DNA of 64,000 nt from Somniosus microcephalus (lineage: Eukaryota). Shown here one piece after another: positions 24,715-37,625 of this stretch. The stretch covers positions 51,026,001 through 51,090,000 of the forward strand of contig CM126223.1 in the NCBI GenBank assembly GCA_052327205.1, written 5' to 3'. A program made the position numbers and the translations under genes. The notes beneath the pieces are model-generated. The model was not told the DNA's origin and did not search any database. It worked only from the letters and a program-made list of their open reading frames with translations. The stretch's first letter is position 1. Each line of letters opens with the position of its first letter.

Positions 24715-27700
24715 CAAGAATAGGAAGGTGGTTAAGGAAGGTAACTGAAGGGATCCACCAAGAGACAGTTTTCCAGGAGGCTTTTAAAGATGGGAGAGAT
24801 ACAGCAAGGCAGAGAGCTATAGCAAGATAATTTCCAGCGTGCAGGGCCGTGATGGCTGAACGCTCTACCACCAATGAGGGTGTGGAGTGAGTCATAAGTG
24901 CACGCAAGTCCATATTCAAAAACATTAAGGTTCAAGCTGGGATATAGGGTTGGAGGAGCTTGTAGAATTAAGCTACACTGAGGTCATGAAGGGATTTATA
25001 AATGAGGATGAAGATTTTGACATCAATACATTTAGAGATGGGAAGCCAATGTCCATGAATGGGATGATAGGTGAGTGGGAGTTTTTAAAAACAGGATAGG
25101 GCACGGGCAGAAAATCTCTGGATGGGTTTGTATGCAAGGTAGAGCACAGGTGACCAGGCCTGAGCTTCATCCCCTTATGCCCCCACCTCAATGAATTTCG
25201 AGCTCGGCACGATGTTGAGCTCTTTTTCCACCGCCTTCGTCTCCGTGCCCACTTCTCTGGCCAGGAGTCTTCCCCCCCGCACGACTGACCCTTTCTCCCG
25301 CTTGCAGAATTCCCGTTCTACCTGGACCCCTCCCCCTGGCCTCTTACCCTCTCTAGATCTTTTCATCGCTAACTGCCGCCGTGACATCGGCCGTCTCCAT
25401 TTCTCTGCTCCCCTCACTCACTCCAACCTACCTCCCTCTAAACTTGCAGCACTCCATTCTCTTAGATCCAACCCTGACATTGTCATTAAACCTGCTGACA
25501 AGGGTGGTGCTGTTGTTGTTTGGTGAACTGACCTCTACCTAGCGGAAGCTGAACGCCAACTCTCCGACACCTCCTCCTACCTCCACCTGGACCATGACCC
25601 CACTACCGAACATCAAACCACCGTTTCCAAGTGTGTCACTGACCTCATCTCCTCTGGAGATCTTCCCCCCCCCCGCGGCCACCAACCTCATAGTTCCCCA
25701 ACCCCGCACAGCCCGCTTCTACCTCCTTCCCAAGATCCACAAACAGGACTGCCCTGGTAGACCCATCGTTTCAGCCTGTTCTTGCCCCACGGAACTTATC
25801 TCTTCCTATCTCGACTCTATCTTTTCTCCCCTTGTCCAGTCTCTTCCCACCTACATCCACGACTCTTCGGATGCCCTCCGCCACTTTAACAGTTTCCAGT
25901 TTCCTGGCCCCAACCGCTTCCTTTTCACCATGGACGTACAATCCCTCTACACCTCCATCCCCCACCAGGATGGTCTGAGGGCGCTCCGCTTCTTCCTTCA
26001 ACAGAGGCCCGACCAGTCCCCATCCACCACCACCCTCCTCCGCCTGGATGAACTTGTTCTCACATTGAACAACTTCTCCTTTAACTCCACTCATTTCCTC
26101 CAAATCAAAGGTGTTGCTATGGGTACCCGCATGGGTCCCAGCTATGCCTGCCTTTTCGTGGGATATGTGGAACACTCTTTGTTCCAGTCCTACTCAGGTC
26201 CCCTCCCTCACCTCTTTTTCCGATACATTGATGACTGTATCGGTGCCGTTTCCTGCTCTCGCCCCGAACTAGACAATTTCATTCACTTTGCCTCCAATTT
26301 CCACCCTTCCCTCACATGGTCCATCTCTGACTCTTCCCTTCCTCGACTTCTCCGTCTCCATCTCTGGGGATAGGTTATCGACCAATATTCACTACAAGCC
26401 CACTGACTCCCACAGCTACCTGGACTACACTTCCTCCCACCCAGTCTCCTGTAAGGACTCTATTCCATTCTCCCAGTTTCTACGTCTCCGCCGTATCTGC
26501 TCCGACAATGCCACCTTCCGCACCAGTGCTTCCGACATGTCTTCCTTTTTCCTCAACCGAGGATTCCACTCTACCGTGGTTGACACGGCCCTCGACCATG
26601 TCCATTCTATCTCCCGCACTTCTGCCCTCACCCCTGCCCCTCCCTACCGGAACCACGATAGGGTTCCCCTTGTCCTCACCTTTCACCCCACCAGCCTCCA
26701 CATTCAACGGATCATCCTCCGCCATTTCCGCTACCTCCAAAGTGATCCCACCACCAAACGCATCTTCCCCTCCGCTCCCCTTTCAGCATTCCGTAGGGAC
26801 CGCTCCCTCCGAGACACCCTAGTCCACTCCTCTATCACCCCCAACAGCCCTTCCCCTTCGCCTGGCACCTTCCTGTGCAAGCGCAGGAGATGTAACACCT
26901 ACCCCTATACCTCCCCCCTTCCCACTGTCCAGGGCCCCAAACACCCCTTCCAGGTGAAACAGCGATTTACTTGTACTTCTCGCAATCTAGTATACTGTAT
27001 TCGCTGCTCCCGATGCGGTCTCCTTTACATTGGGGAGACCAAACGCAGATTGGGTGACCGCTTTGCGGAACACCTCCGTTCAGTCCGTAAGGGTGACCCG
27101 AGCTTCTGGTCGCCTGTCATTTTAATTCACCGCTCCATTCCCATTTGGACCGCACCGTCCTTGGCCTCTTGCATTGTTCCACGGAAGCTCAACGTAAACT
27201 CAAGGGACAGCACCTCATCTTCCGATTAGGCACTTTGCAGCCTTTCGGACTCAATATCGAGTTCAGATCATAACCTCGGCCCCTATTACATTTTTACTTA
27301 TATTTTTTTTCCACCCCTTTGTTTTGGGTTTTCCCTCCCCCCCTTTCCTTTTTTCTCTCTCTCCCACATAGCAGCTGTCTCTCTTTCTGCCAGTACACTT
27401 CACACCTAATCTGAGCCGTCTTTTGTCTCCATTTGTCCTATTACCATCTCGTCTGGTTTTGAATACCTCTTAATGTCTCTACTTCTTTTGTTCTATCGCA
27501 GCCCTGCCTTCGATCTATTTCATTTCCTTTCCAGTTTTGAAAAAGGGTTCACCCGAAATGTCGACTCTAATTTCTCTCCACTCTAATTTCTCTCCACGGA
27601 TGTTGCCTGGCCTGCTGAGTTTTTCCAGCATTTTCTGTTGTTATACTGGAAAAGTCAAGCCTAGAGGCGACATAGGAATGAATGAGAATTTTAGCAGTGG
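24715..27700 (-). mobile_element. Degraded L2 LINE (24715-25156 and 27646-27700) split by the Penelope element
   Basis: Minus strand GGRAFSHHGPARW / FKSLL motifs. Resumes after the Penelope as ctggaaaagtcaagcctagagg...gaatgagaattttagcag (L2 'HAFxTSRLDY' region). Confidence 0.6.
25157..27645 (+). mobile_element. Penelope-like element (Neptune-type), RT + GIY-YIG endonuclease, disrupted ORF
   Basis: IKPADKGGAVVVW, FYLLPKIHK..PGRPIVS, MDVQSLYTSIP, MGTRMGPSYA, RYIDD, and NLVYCIRCSRCGLLYIGETKRRLGDRFAEH (GIY-YIG). Stop at 25524 and frameshifts near 25670 and 26340. 3' gctgagtttttccagcattttctg terminus. Confidence 0.93.
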
Positions 27701-27765
27701 CTAAAAGTTATTTTGAATTTTTGAAGTACTTATGTTCAGTATTTTATTAAATAAAAAAACACTAT

Positions 27766-28503
27766 GGCCCAGAAATTCAGGTCGGAGGCTTCCCACGGGT
27801 GCAAGCCTCCGACCTGCACTTACCTAGCGCGCCGGCCGTTGAGCTGTGGGCCCGCGTAGTATTCCGATCCTGGGCCTCCTCCAACTGCCGGTGCGCAGTG
27901 CTTGCGTATCCCAGGGGCGCAGTTAGTTCAAAGCGTCCCCTGGGATCACATGGGCCATGGCGAGCCAATGGTAGCAGGGAATGCTTCATTCATAAATTTG
28001 ACAGGAAGAGCTGTCAAACCAAAAATACTATAAGCCCCAAAACATAACTAAAACTTCAAAAAAAAAATTTTTAATCACATTTTTAAAATAACTATAAATT
28101 ACATGAAATAACTATTTTAAACAATAATTTAAATTTTTGAAAAAAATTACATTTTCTAACAGGGCTAAAAATAAACTTACCTTTCTTTAAAGTATTTAAA
28201 AATAATAAACCTGTGGAAAAAATGTTTTAATTTTAATTAATTCACCACTTACCTTGTTAAAAGCAGGCCTTGCGCCTACTTTTTAAAAGTGTAACTCCTG
28301 GAGACTTACCCTCCCGGGGAACCCTGCAAAAAAAAACGTAAGTTCGATGCGCACGCGTTCCACCCGTCAACGCCTTCTTTCAAGGGAACGGAAGTTCCGG
28401 TTTCCCGCGCATGCGCAGTGCATGCACAAAACCGGCACTTTTGTTGGGCCTACGCGTGAGTACCCAGTGCGTACTCATGCGTGGGGACCTGAATTTCTGG
28501 GCC
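27766..28503. mobile_element. PIF/Harbinger-like MITE, well preserved
   Basis: Perfect 18-bp TIR ggcccagaaattcaggtc / gacctgaatttctgggcc, TSD TAT/TAT. Internally homologous to 521-1188. Confidence 0.88.
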
Positions 28504-28991
28504 TATGTATTGTGACAAGAGATAAGATTTGTATTTTATTTTATTTTGTGTGGATTTCAGCTCTAAGAATGTGTGTGTTTTAATAGCTCTTGAATCATAG
28601 TTGTAATTGAGCAATTACATCAACGGTTATGAATTCAGGTCTTCCAAAGATACTTTCTTGGATTCACTGGTATCAAGTCAATCACGTAAGCAAATCCCAC
28701 ACCCCTTATGTTCCAGAGTTGACTTGCACTAACCAATATCTATTCATACAATAGCATAACCCTAGGGATGTAACAACGCATCCCCCTTGACATATGGACC
28801 GGATACTGTGTCTTTCACATGTGCCCTCAGGTACATTTCTCCAATCTTTCATCAGACGGATTGTTTACATTTTAGTGAGATGAGCCTAGAATGAAAAATT
28901 AAGCTGTTTTATATTTTAGACAAAACATACAGGGAAACAGTTAAGACCAGACTCACTTCATTCAATCAATCAATACAACAGTAAGGAGAAA

Positions 28992-29308
28992 CTGATGGGT
29001 GGGCCGGTAACCAGAGGACACACATTTAAGAGAATTGCTAAAAGAAACCAGAGGGGAATGAGGAGATTTTTAAAAATTTTTACGCAGCTAGTTATGATCT
29101 GGAATGCATTGCTTGAAAGGGTTGCGGAAGCAGTTTCAATAGTAACTTTCAAAGGGGAATTGGATATATACTTGAAAGGGAGAATAATTGCAGGGCTTTG
29201 AGGGAAGAACAGGGGAGCGGGGACTAATTGAATAGTTCTTTCCAAAGAGCCGGCACAGGCATTATGGGCCAAATGGCCTCCTTCTGTGCTGAAAGATTCT
29301 ACGATCCT
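28992..29308 (+). mobile_element. CR1 3' fragment
   Basis: TRGHTFK..MRRF..FTQ.V.IWNAL (ORF 28995-29201); tail gggccaaatggcctccttctgtgctg. Confidence 0.85.
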
Positions 29309-32300
29309 AACTTGTCTATGTGTAATAATATAATAATGAACGTGCTATATTTCTCCGTATCAGCGGGTCATCTTGCTCGACTTAAAATAACTTCTAGCTT
29401 CTTGCATCCTAACTTCCTGAGTGGGCAAAAGCTTGCCCTTGCAGCTTTTTGCTTAAAAACCTGACCATCTTATGTTTTTATCCCTATTTATTAATCCTCC
29501 TGCATTCATGACCAGAGGGCAGGGCCTATACAAGACAAACCCTACCAAGGACTCAGGACCAGGAGCTTCCCGACACAATGGATGTGAAGTGTTTATTGAT
29601 TAGCAAGACAGACTAATGAGGTGCTTATTATTTTTGGTTTGAGGAAACAACTTTAATGCTTAGCTTATTAGACTTTTAATCACCTGTCATCTGTGTTTTT
29701 TCACCTGTGTAAATCTAATTTGCTTCAAAAACCCAACATTTGAATGTAATTCTTTTCCAAATCATTTCGGTGGAAAAATGGTCAAATAAAAAAGAACGTG
29801 ACATTGTTATTTGAACCTCTGCTGATGCTGTCACTTTAGGAGGAGTACAATAACCTCTCACGACAACATACTGAGACTCACCATCACCCTCAATATAACG
29901 TGCATTATTTACAGTTCCTTCTTCAATAGAGAAACATGCTCTCTATAGCACACTTGTCACTTGGACACAGTTCTTGTAAGGGTCTCAAAGTACAGCTTTA
30001 TGAAGCAGCTCCAATCAAAAGAGGAATTAGGATAGACATTTACTTGCGGTCCAAGTACAAAAATTTAAATATATCTTTTGCAAATATAAACTTCCTGGTC
30101 CAAGCATAACAACTCTCATCAAAAAACTCATGGGCTTACTGGGATTCATCTGCATTAGATTTAATGTGAAATCACAGCATCAACATGCCACTGGATCTTT
30201 CATTTTGATTTCTATTAGCAACTCTGTCTACTGTACCGTGCTTCGTCTGTGTAACAGTTTTTGGCAGGAACTCATTGTAACAAGCTTTCAGGCTTATCTG
30301 CAACATTACATTTCAAGAGTTTCAGGCAATACCTGTGATGTTTACTGAAATGTCATAATTTGCATAGAACTATTGTTAAATCCTCTCCTCCTGCAATAAC
30401 ATACACCTCCTTTGTACCTACCACCTAGCAGACCTGCGATGGGCCTTTTTTTTTTACAGAGATGACAACAATAAGAGGAAAGGGGAAAAGAATCAAATGG
30501 AGTATCAAGATATACTTTGTGTACCTCTTAATATGTTGTTTAAGAGGGTCCATGCAGAGTAATGTGACCAGATGTGGGGAAAATGATGTACAAAATGAGG
30601 AACAGGAGTTAAAGCACCGAGTTTAAAAAAATTCAAATATTAATTTCCGCTAAGAGACAAAGTTCTCAGTGCGTGGCACACATTTCATGGGCACTTTCAT
30701 TCATAAAATGGCAAATATGTAAATCCTTCAGTGCCAAAAATGAGAAAACACTGCACACCTAACTAGAACAAGGAGGTAGAGGCTGAAACTGGTGAAAGGA
30801 CAGTTTAGGGTAGATGTCTTCCTGGTAGGGAAGTGAAAGTGAAATCCTTGCATTGATTCCAGATTCAGTTAGTTAGTGTTTGGGAGAAATGTAAGCTTTT
30901 TCTATTCTGGATGAATGAGCTAAGATGGACCGAATTTGTATATGTCTCTTGATGCTGAACAGGTCAAAACCATCCTTAACGCACTTTGCTGAAGCCTATA
31001 TTACTTGTTTACAATGTTGAAATTAAGATGTGGCCTTTTTTCACCCTTTTTATAAAGTGTTTGCGTCAGATCCATATTACAGAACTATAAAATCCCTAGT
31101 CTAGTGGTTCTATCTAATGTGACCACTAAAAGTGAACACGCTCCATTATTTTAATCTGATCGCGGATTGTTTTTGATTTAATCACAAACGGAGTTATTGT
31201 CGCCGGGCTAACAACCCTTTATTGCGACAGTAACCACGGAGGAAAATCTCCAACAGTTTATGTTGTTGAAAAGCCAAATCAAAGCTGAACATGCCCACAA
31301 ATTGAACATTGCCTACTCGTTACTTCTTTACCGTGAACTTTGTGCTTTACATCTGTTCTTTCTTACTTCCAAATGTGCTGAAAAACTACTACTAGCAATG
31401 AGCAGCTATGTGTCAACACATCCTTTTTCGTGGTCTGTAGAGACATGTCTACGTGTCTATGTCCATACAAAAGTCAAACTCACTGCAACGAAGAGATTGA
31501 CACTCTGCTTCCCTGCCTCTCTCGCAGTCAGTCATCCACACAGAATCAGGCTTGGGACTCCACTGAACTGTTGACAATTCCTCCTCTTAACCTACTTATG
31601 AGTTAATTTACTCTCAATTACAATATTCTAAAAAGCTACTGGACTGGGGGCGTGCACGAAGCAGCAAAATATTCACACAGTACATTAAAACTATCTGTTT
31701 TATAAACACAGCTACCAGAACTTATGAAAAGCTGGAAAAGTCATTATATTCAATTCTTAACCCTACCAATTTTATTTTCACTTTGATTTTGTGATGGATT
31801 CCTTGCATCAATATTCTTACTGTTATGCTCTACTGAAGAGCTTTATGCCATACACTGTACTAATAATATTTTTTTCTAAATTCTTTTATAGCTTGTCTTG
31901 TACCTATTACAGAGAGTGTCAGCATGAGGACATAAATGGTAGTTCTATTCACTGAGTTAGTCATGTGCTGAAGTCAGGCCTCTTTCCTGCTTTTGGTGAT
32001 GTCACCATAGGGAGCAAGGAAGTGAGGTTGCTGCAACTGAGGGGGGAACATCTGGTATGAGGTCTGCATTAGAAGAGCACTTCTTGCAAGTCAGCTCGGA
32101 GTAAGGAATAAAAGCATCTGTAACCCTTCACTTTAGTGCTTTTTTATTACAATAGTATGTCAAATCTGGTGTAAAAGTCATTCCTTCATGGATGCTTTTA
32201 TGTCTTTTAAATACAGGGAAGCATCGAACACATTGGGTGACAAGGCAGTTTACTGGAATAGCAAATAGAAAATAGGGCAATGGTTTATATATTGATATGA

Positions 32301-33329
32301 GGCATCACTTAAATACAAGTGTAATATTTTCCATTTTCTAAACAAGTCATCGTGTGCCCTTTCTGAGCGAGGCTGCCAAATTAGGGGTGGTTTTATTTTG
32401 TAGATCTAGCCAATGAGGAAAGAGTGAGCTGAGCGCAAAGCTCATTTCACACAAGACTCTTAAAGCCAGGAGGAAGCTTTTATGCCAGTCTGGGCTATTT
32501 TCACATTCAGACCCCAAAGGTGAGTAGATTGAGTGCTAAGCTACTGTGCTGCACAGTAACTCAAGAAGTTATCTTTTCATAGTTAGTCGTTGCTCAACAA
32601 TGGCTTTGGGGCAGAAGCTCGTAATGATATTCCAATTTATTTGTACTCAGCAATAATGTTTAATCCAGAAAAAATAACAGATAATAGTTCATGAAGCAGA
32701 CAATGTGAATACACCTCACCATTGATCAAAAGTGTTCCTGCTGTGGTGTGTGGTAGAATGCCTCTGCTGTCAGATCCCAAAATTCTTTTACGCCTTTTAA
32801 TATTCCCATCATTTTTAAGCGAGTTAATTATTGAAATGAAATATTCCACTAATAGCATTTTTAGTTGACTGTGTTTATTCTTGGCAGCACATTTCTGCTC
32901 AACTGAATGGACAAGGACAGCAGAGACTAACAACTGGGATCGAAACTAAGGCCAAGAATTATAGCTGTTCCTTCACTTGGAATTAAAATCTTAGTTAAGT
33001 CACTTCAGTAATTAAAATGTAATTACATCTGTTCATTATTTAAAAAAATAATTGCACCTTCTTTAAAAACCTACTAAAAATGAACAAATCAAATGTTCAT
33101 ACAATAACTCAAGTATTCAAACCCACCATGGTTTGTTTGGACATTTGAACACAAAAACAAAGCATCAATAGAATTATCAAAGTAGCCTTAATTCACTGCT
33201 GCCAATTTGACCATCCCACATTGTATAAAATAAATGTATCCATGGAAAAATATAACATTTCAGCATTTGCAAAGCAGCTAATGATGCACTTGAACATTAA
33301 TATTTCAGATACTATTAGATTTCCTAAAG

Positions 33330-33720
33330 GTAGATTTGCATTTACATATTGTCTAATCGGGTTTCTCAACGTCTAAATGCGCTACGTATAGTAAACTACT
33401 TTGAATTGCAATGACTTGTTATGCAAGCAAAATGGCAATCCGTTTGTGCACAGCAAGAATCCATAAATAGCAAGATGGCGGCTACATGGTTAATTTTCGT
33501 GGTATCTGTTGAGGAAAGAACGTTGGTCAGGGCATTGGGAGAAATTCTCACTCTTCGAATATTGCCATCAGATCTTTAACATTCACCTGACAAGAGCTCA
33601 TCCAAAAGATGACATTCACAACACTGCCAGCCTGTTATGTGCTGAAGTCCACGTGGGTTTTCAACTCACAAGCTTCTTACTCAAAGGCAAGAATAGTCAC
33701 AGTGCGTTGGATGTTTTGTA
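33330..33720 (-). mobile_element. Highly degraded Deu-domain SINE
   Basis: ttgcatttacata..., tgtgcacagcaagaatccata, ctcttcgaatattgccatcagatctttaacattcacctga. Confidence 0.6.
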
Positions 33721-34384
33721 AGTTCGCCCACTCTGTCTCAACACAAACCGTCCTTCCTGCTCCGTTAAGTAGAGACTGCTGTAGTGCTGTTGTGCAGTGA
33801 TGCTCTTAAATCATACCCTCTAGTCACTGACTCACTGGCCAGTGTAAGTTATTTTCCCCCATCTAGCTCATCAAAATCATTCATAATTTTTGAACAATTC
33901 GAGCTCTCCTGCAATATTCAGTCTAATTCTTTTTGGGTGCATGGCCCCTTTAACGGGCTGCGCAGCCAATTCAAATTTCCACGCATACGTAGTTTTTCCA
34001 TTGAAAAGCTGGTGAGCCGGCTGCGTAGGACCTCCAGGCAGCTTAATGGGAACATTGCTCTCCTCTCTCCTATACTGCTCCATTCTTCCCCTCCTCTATA
34101 TTGCTCAATTACATTCTTTCCCTATACTGCTCAGTTCAACACTGCCCTCCTCCCCTACACTGACTAATTTATGATCATTAGAATCCTTTTTCTTTTCAGG
34201 AATGAAAGAACAATACTGCACAATCAGCAATGTATTATTTATCCTACTGACCTTTATCCAAATCAGATTAAAGAATAATTCAGAACCAGGTGCAGTACAG
34301 ATCAATATATTACTTATAATACTACTCTGTTATTTTCCAGTAATTTACTTTCAGTCATCATCTGATTGTTTAGATTATGAATTT

Positions 34385-34470
34385 GGATATCAGCCATGAT
34401 CGCATTGAATGGCAGAGCAGGCTCGAGGGGCCGAATGGCCTACTCCTGCTCCTATCTTCTATGTTTCTAT
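34385..34470 (+). mobile_element. CR1 3' tail fragment
   Basis: tcagccatgatcgcattgaatggcagagcaggctcgaggggccgaatggcctactcctgctcctat. Confidence 0.85.
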
Positions 34471-35075
34471 CACATCTGCAATGCCACACAAATTCAGTTC
34501 CTATATTGCAACCAGTCTGATCATCCCTTCACTTGCTTGCTTTAATAGCTCTGATCATTTATAGCTTCTGTATACAAAGGTCAGAGTTCCATTGCTAAGA
34601 GGAATGATTTGTGAAGCTTCACAGCTGGAATTCCATGCAGACATCTTCACCTAATTCAGAAAAATGCTGAGACGCAACTAGTCTTTAAGCCAGGTCTCTA
34701 TTTTATGCCAAGAGTACAAGGAACATTTATGATGCTGCTCAGATCACAATCTCAGAGAATTGACAGCCCAATCACATCTTTTTGAAGCTCTACGTGGCCT
34801 CTGGCATGAATTAGGTCACCCTCATCCAGTCAAAAGTCTGCACTGCTATTGACAGTCCAGGAACAAGCGAGGTGTTTGTTCAGCAGCTTGCGAAATACAG
34901 CTACAATGTTTCATCATTGGGTGGTTATGCACGTTATAGGACACCAAACTGGTTGACGGTGACAAGTAGGGCTGAGCTATCTTGAGGATTCCTCCTCATT
35001 TACTAACTTTTCCAGTCATCTGTGCCACTTATTGTCCAATGTTTTTGAATGTCTATAACGGAAAATATCTTATTG

Positions 35076-35310
35076 CAACAACAACTCGCCTCTAATGTAG
35101 TAAAATATCCCACGGTGCTTCACAGGAGCGTTATCAAACAAAATTTGACACCAAGCCACATAAGGAGATATTAGGGCAGCTGGTAGGTTTTAAGGAGCGT
35201 CTTAAAGGAGGAGAGAGAGCTAGAGAGGCGGAAAGGTTTAGGGAGGGAATTCCAGAGATTAGGGCCTAGGCAACTGAAGGCACAGTTGCCAAGGATGAAG
35301 CAATGAAAAT
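35076..35310 (-). mobile_element. L2 LINE 3' end fragment
   Basis: caacaacaac tail and ggtaggttttaaggagcgtcttaaaggagg; homologous to 13932-14180. Confidence 0.8.
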
Positions 35311-36435
35311 GTAACATAGTCACTGTTCACCTGTTGTAATTCTCAGCTTTTTGTATAGAAGGCCCAGCTTGACCAACTTGATCCTAGTCTGGGGTTCAAC
35401 GTATATACACAGATAAGTTTTTTTTTAATGTAATTGACTTATTTATGCATATCGAGGGCTAAATGTTAAGCAGCATGAATTTGCCGGTCACACCTGCTGT
35501 GCTTAGCATGTTCACCACATAATGATTAAAGATGCTTTATTAAAAAAAAGTTAATAAGCCTATTTAAAAACAAGTAACTGGCAGTTGGTTTAAGACTCTA
35601 ATTCAATTTTGGTGATGGGCTTCGTTTGAAATGGTATGTTGTAAGCTGGATAGTAGCCCGATTAACGACAGAAGGTTGCTTTGAGTTAAATAAATACCCT
35701 CCAGGACTGCATTTGAGCCTGTTAAAATTCAGGCTTTCTCCAAAAACTATGGCCTAGTACTCACAGCAGGGAGATAGTTTCCATAAGTAGATAATCTCAC
35801 CTATGAACCAAAACCTTGTGTGGAGCAAGGCTACAAGAAACTAGTAGTACGATGCAAAATTGCTTTAAAACAAGAAAATAGACACATAATTCTTTTCAGT
35901 AGCTTTTGACAGTCTCTGATGGTACTCATTACATGGGAGACGATTCAGCTGCTCCCTTAGCCACCTCACGTGATATAGGCAGTGTAAAAGCAGGGAATTG
36001 AAAAACATGGTATGGCCGCAAATATACTGGGTGCTCTTTCTTTGATCTAAAGACAGCTCCCCTCATACCTGATTTGCTATCAACATCTGCTGACCATTGA
36101 AACCACATCTTGTCCAGTGCTCCCATACCCGTCAATGCTTTTAAACAACTTACAATCCGACCATCTCTTCAAACAAAAGTGTCCTCGGTAGCTCAGTCGT
36201 TTAAAATGCAATTAGTTTGTAAACTCACATACCTATGCCAGCAACTGAAACCACACCTTTGAGTGATGAGCAGGAGCTGGAATTTACATATCAAATATCC
36301 ATTGTCATTTAGAGGACCAACAATATAATTACCATTTAAAACCAAGCTTATGTATCCTGATTCATCCACAGACTGAAGTACCTGTCTGCATTTCTTGAGC
36401 TTCGATCCAGGGATGTCAACTTCCATATTAATTCA

Positions 36436-37027
36436 TGGACCACGTACAGCAGGCACCTCAAAGCACTGGAGAGGTACCACCAACGCTGCCTCCGCAAGAT
36501 CCTGCAAATCCATTGGCAGGATAGGCGCACGTCAGTGTTCTCGCTCAGGCCAACATCCCCAGCATCGAAGCTTTCACCACACTCAATGAGCTCCGATGGA
36601 CGGGTCACATCGTCCGCATGCCCAATACGAGACTCCCAAAATAAGTGCTCTACTCGGCGCTCCGACACGGCAAGAGCCCCCCAGGTGGGCAGGGGAAACG
36701 CTTCAAGGACACCCTCAAAGCCTCCTTGAAAAAGTGCAACATCCCCACCAACACCTGGGAATCCCTGGCCCAAGACCGCACAAAGTGGAGAAGCATCCGG
36801 GAAGGCGCCGAACACCTCGAGTCTCTTCGCCGGGAGCAAGCGGAAGCCAAGCGCAAGGAGCGCACGTCAACCCAAGCATCCCACCCACCCGCCCCTTCTA
36901 CCACCATCTGCCCCATCTGTGACAGAGACTGTAGGTCCCGCATTGGACTCATCAGTCACCTGAGGACCCTTTTTTTTTAAATGTGGAAGCAAGTCATCCT
37001 CGGTTCTGAGGGACTGCCAAAGAAGAA
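36436..37027 (+). mobile_element. RTE-clade LINE 3' fragment
   Basis: ORF 36645-36980 (GGQGKRFKDTLKASLKKCNI..W.SLAQDRTKWR..CPICDRDCRSRIGLISHLRT, C2H2 finger). Ends gggactgccaaagaagaa. Same family as 59118-61110. Confidence 0.9.
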
Positions 37028-37269
37028 TTGTTTCAAAATTGCAAATATTAAAACATCCCCCATTTGATACAGGACGAAAACATAGCTTTCAGCACAAAGC
37101 TTTTTCGACCTTAATTGAGTGTTCCAAATAGCAGAAAACTATATTCATTGCACATTAAACGCTTCACCCACCAAATGCACTCATCCAAATCCTATTACAA
37201 CTTATACATGCTGTCATTTAGTTTTTTTGATCAATGTGGTTGCTGTTTCTTTTAAACTTTAAATTTATC

Positions 37270-37625
37270 GCTCCAATATTCTCTGCTCCTGAATGCACTG
37301 ACACTTTTTTGGGGGAATGGCCCCACTGCTCCAGGTACCCTTGCGGACTTTATTCACATGCCATATGTGAGCCTTGACAATAGATGCGAGAAGCTATTCC
37401 ACCACGGGTGCATCAAACCCAAGCCTAATCCTACTCTCGACCAACATCTATGCATGTCAACTTCGAGCAGGGCAATCAAAAGTGAGAACCTTGGAGATAT
37501 TTCTTCTCCCTAATTCAGGCTATTTGTAGCGCCCCTACCACCGTCCCCCTACCGAGATCAGCTAACTGAGCACAGACCAGCAATCAAACCCGAGGCCTTC
37601 TTGGTCTGTGTGGTTCAGTTACTGA
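37270..37625 (-). mobile_element. Old tRNA-derived SINE-like repeat
   Basis: gagatcagctaactgagcacagaccag..cttggtctgtgtggttcagt; reverse complement resembles 62505-62890. Confidence 0.55.

Noticed and set aside
33784-34167. 127-aa ORF, and similar 60-120 aa ORFs throughout the track
   Set aside because: Non-ATG starts or low-complexity composition, no recognisable domain; expected by chance in intronic DNA.
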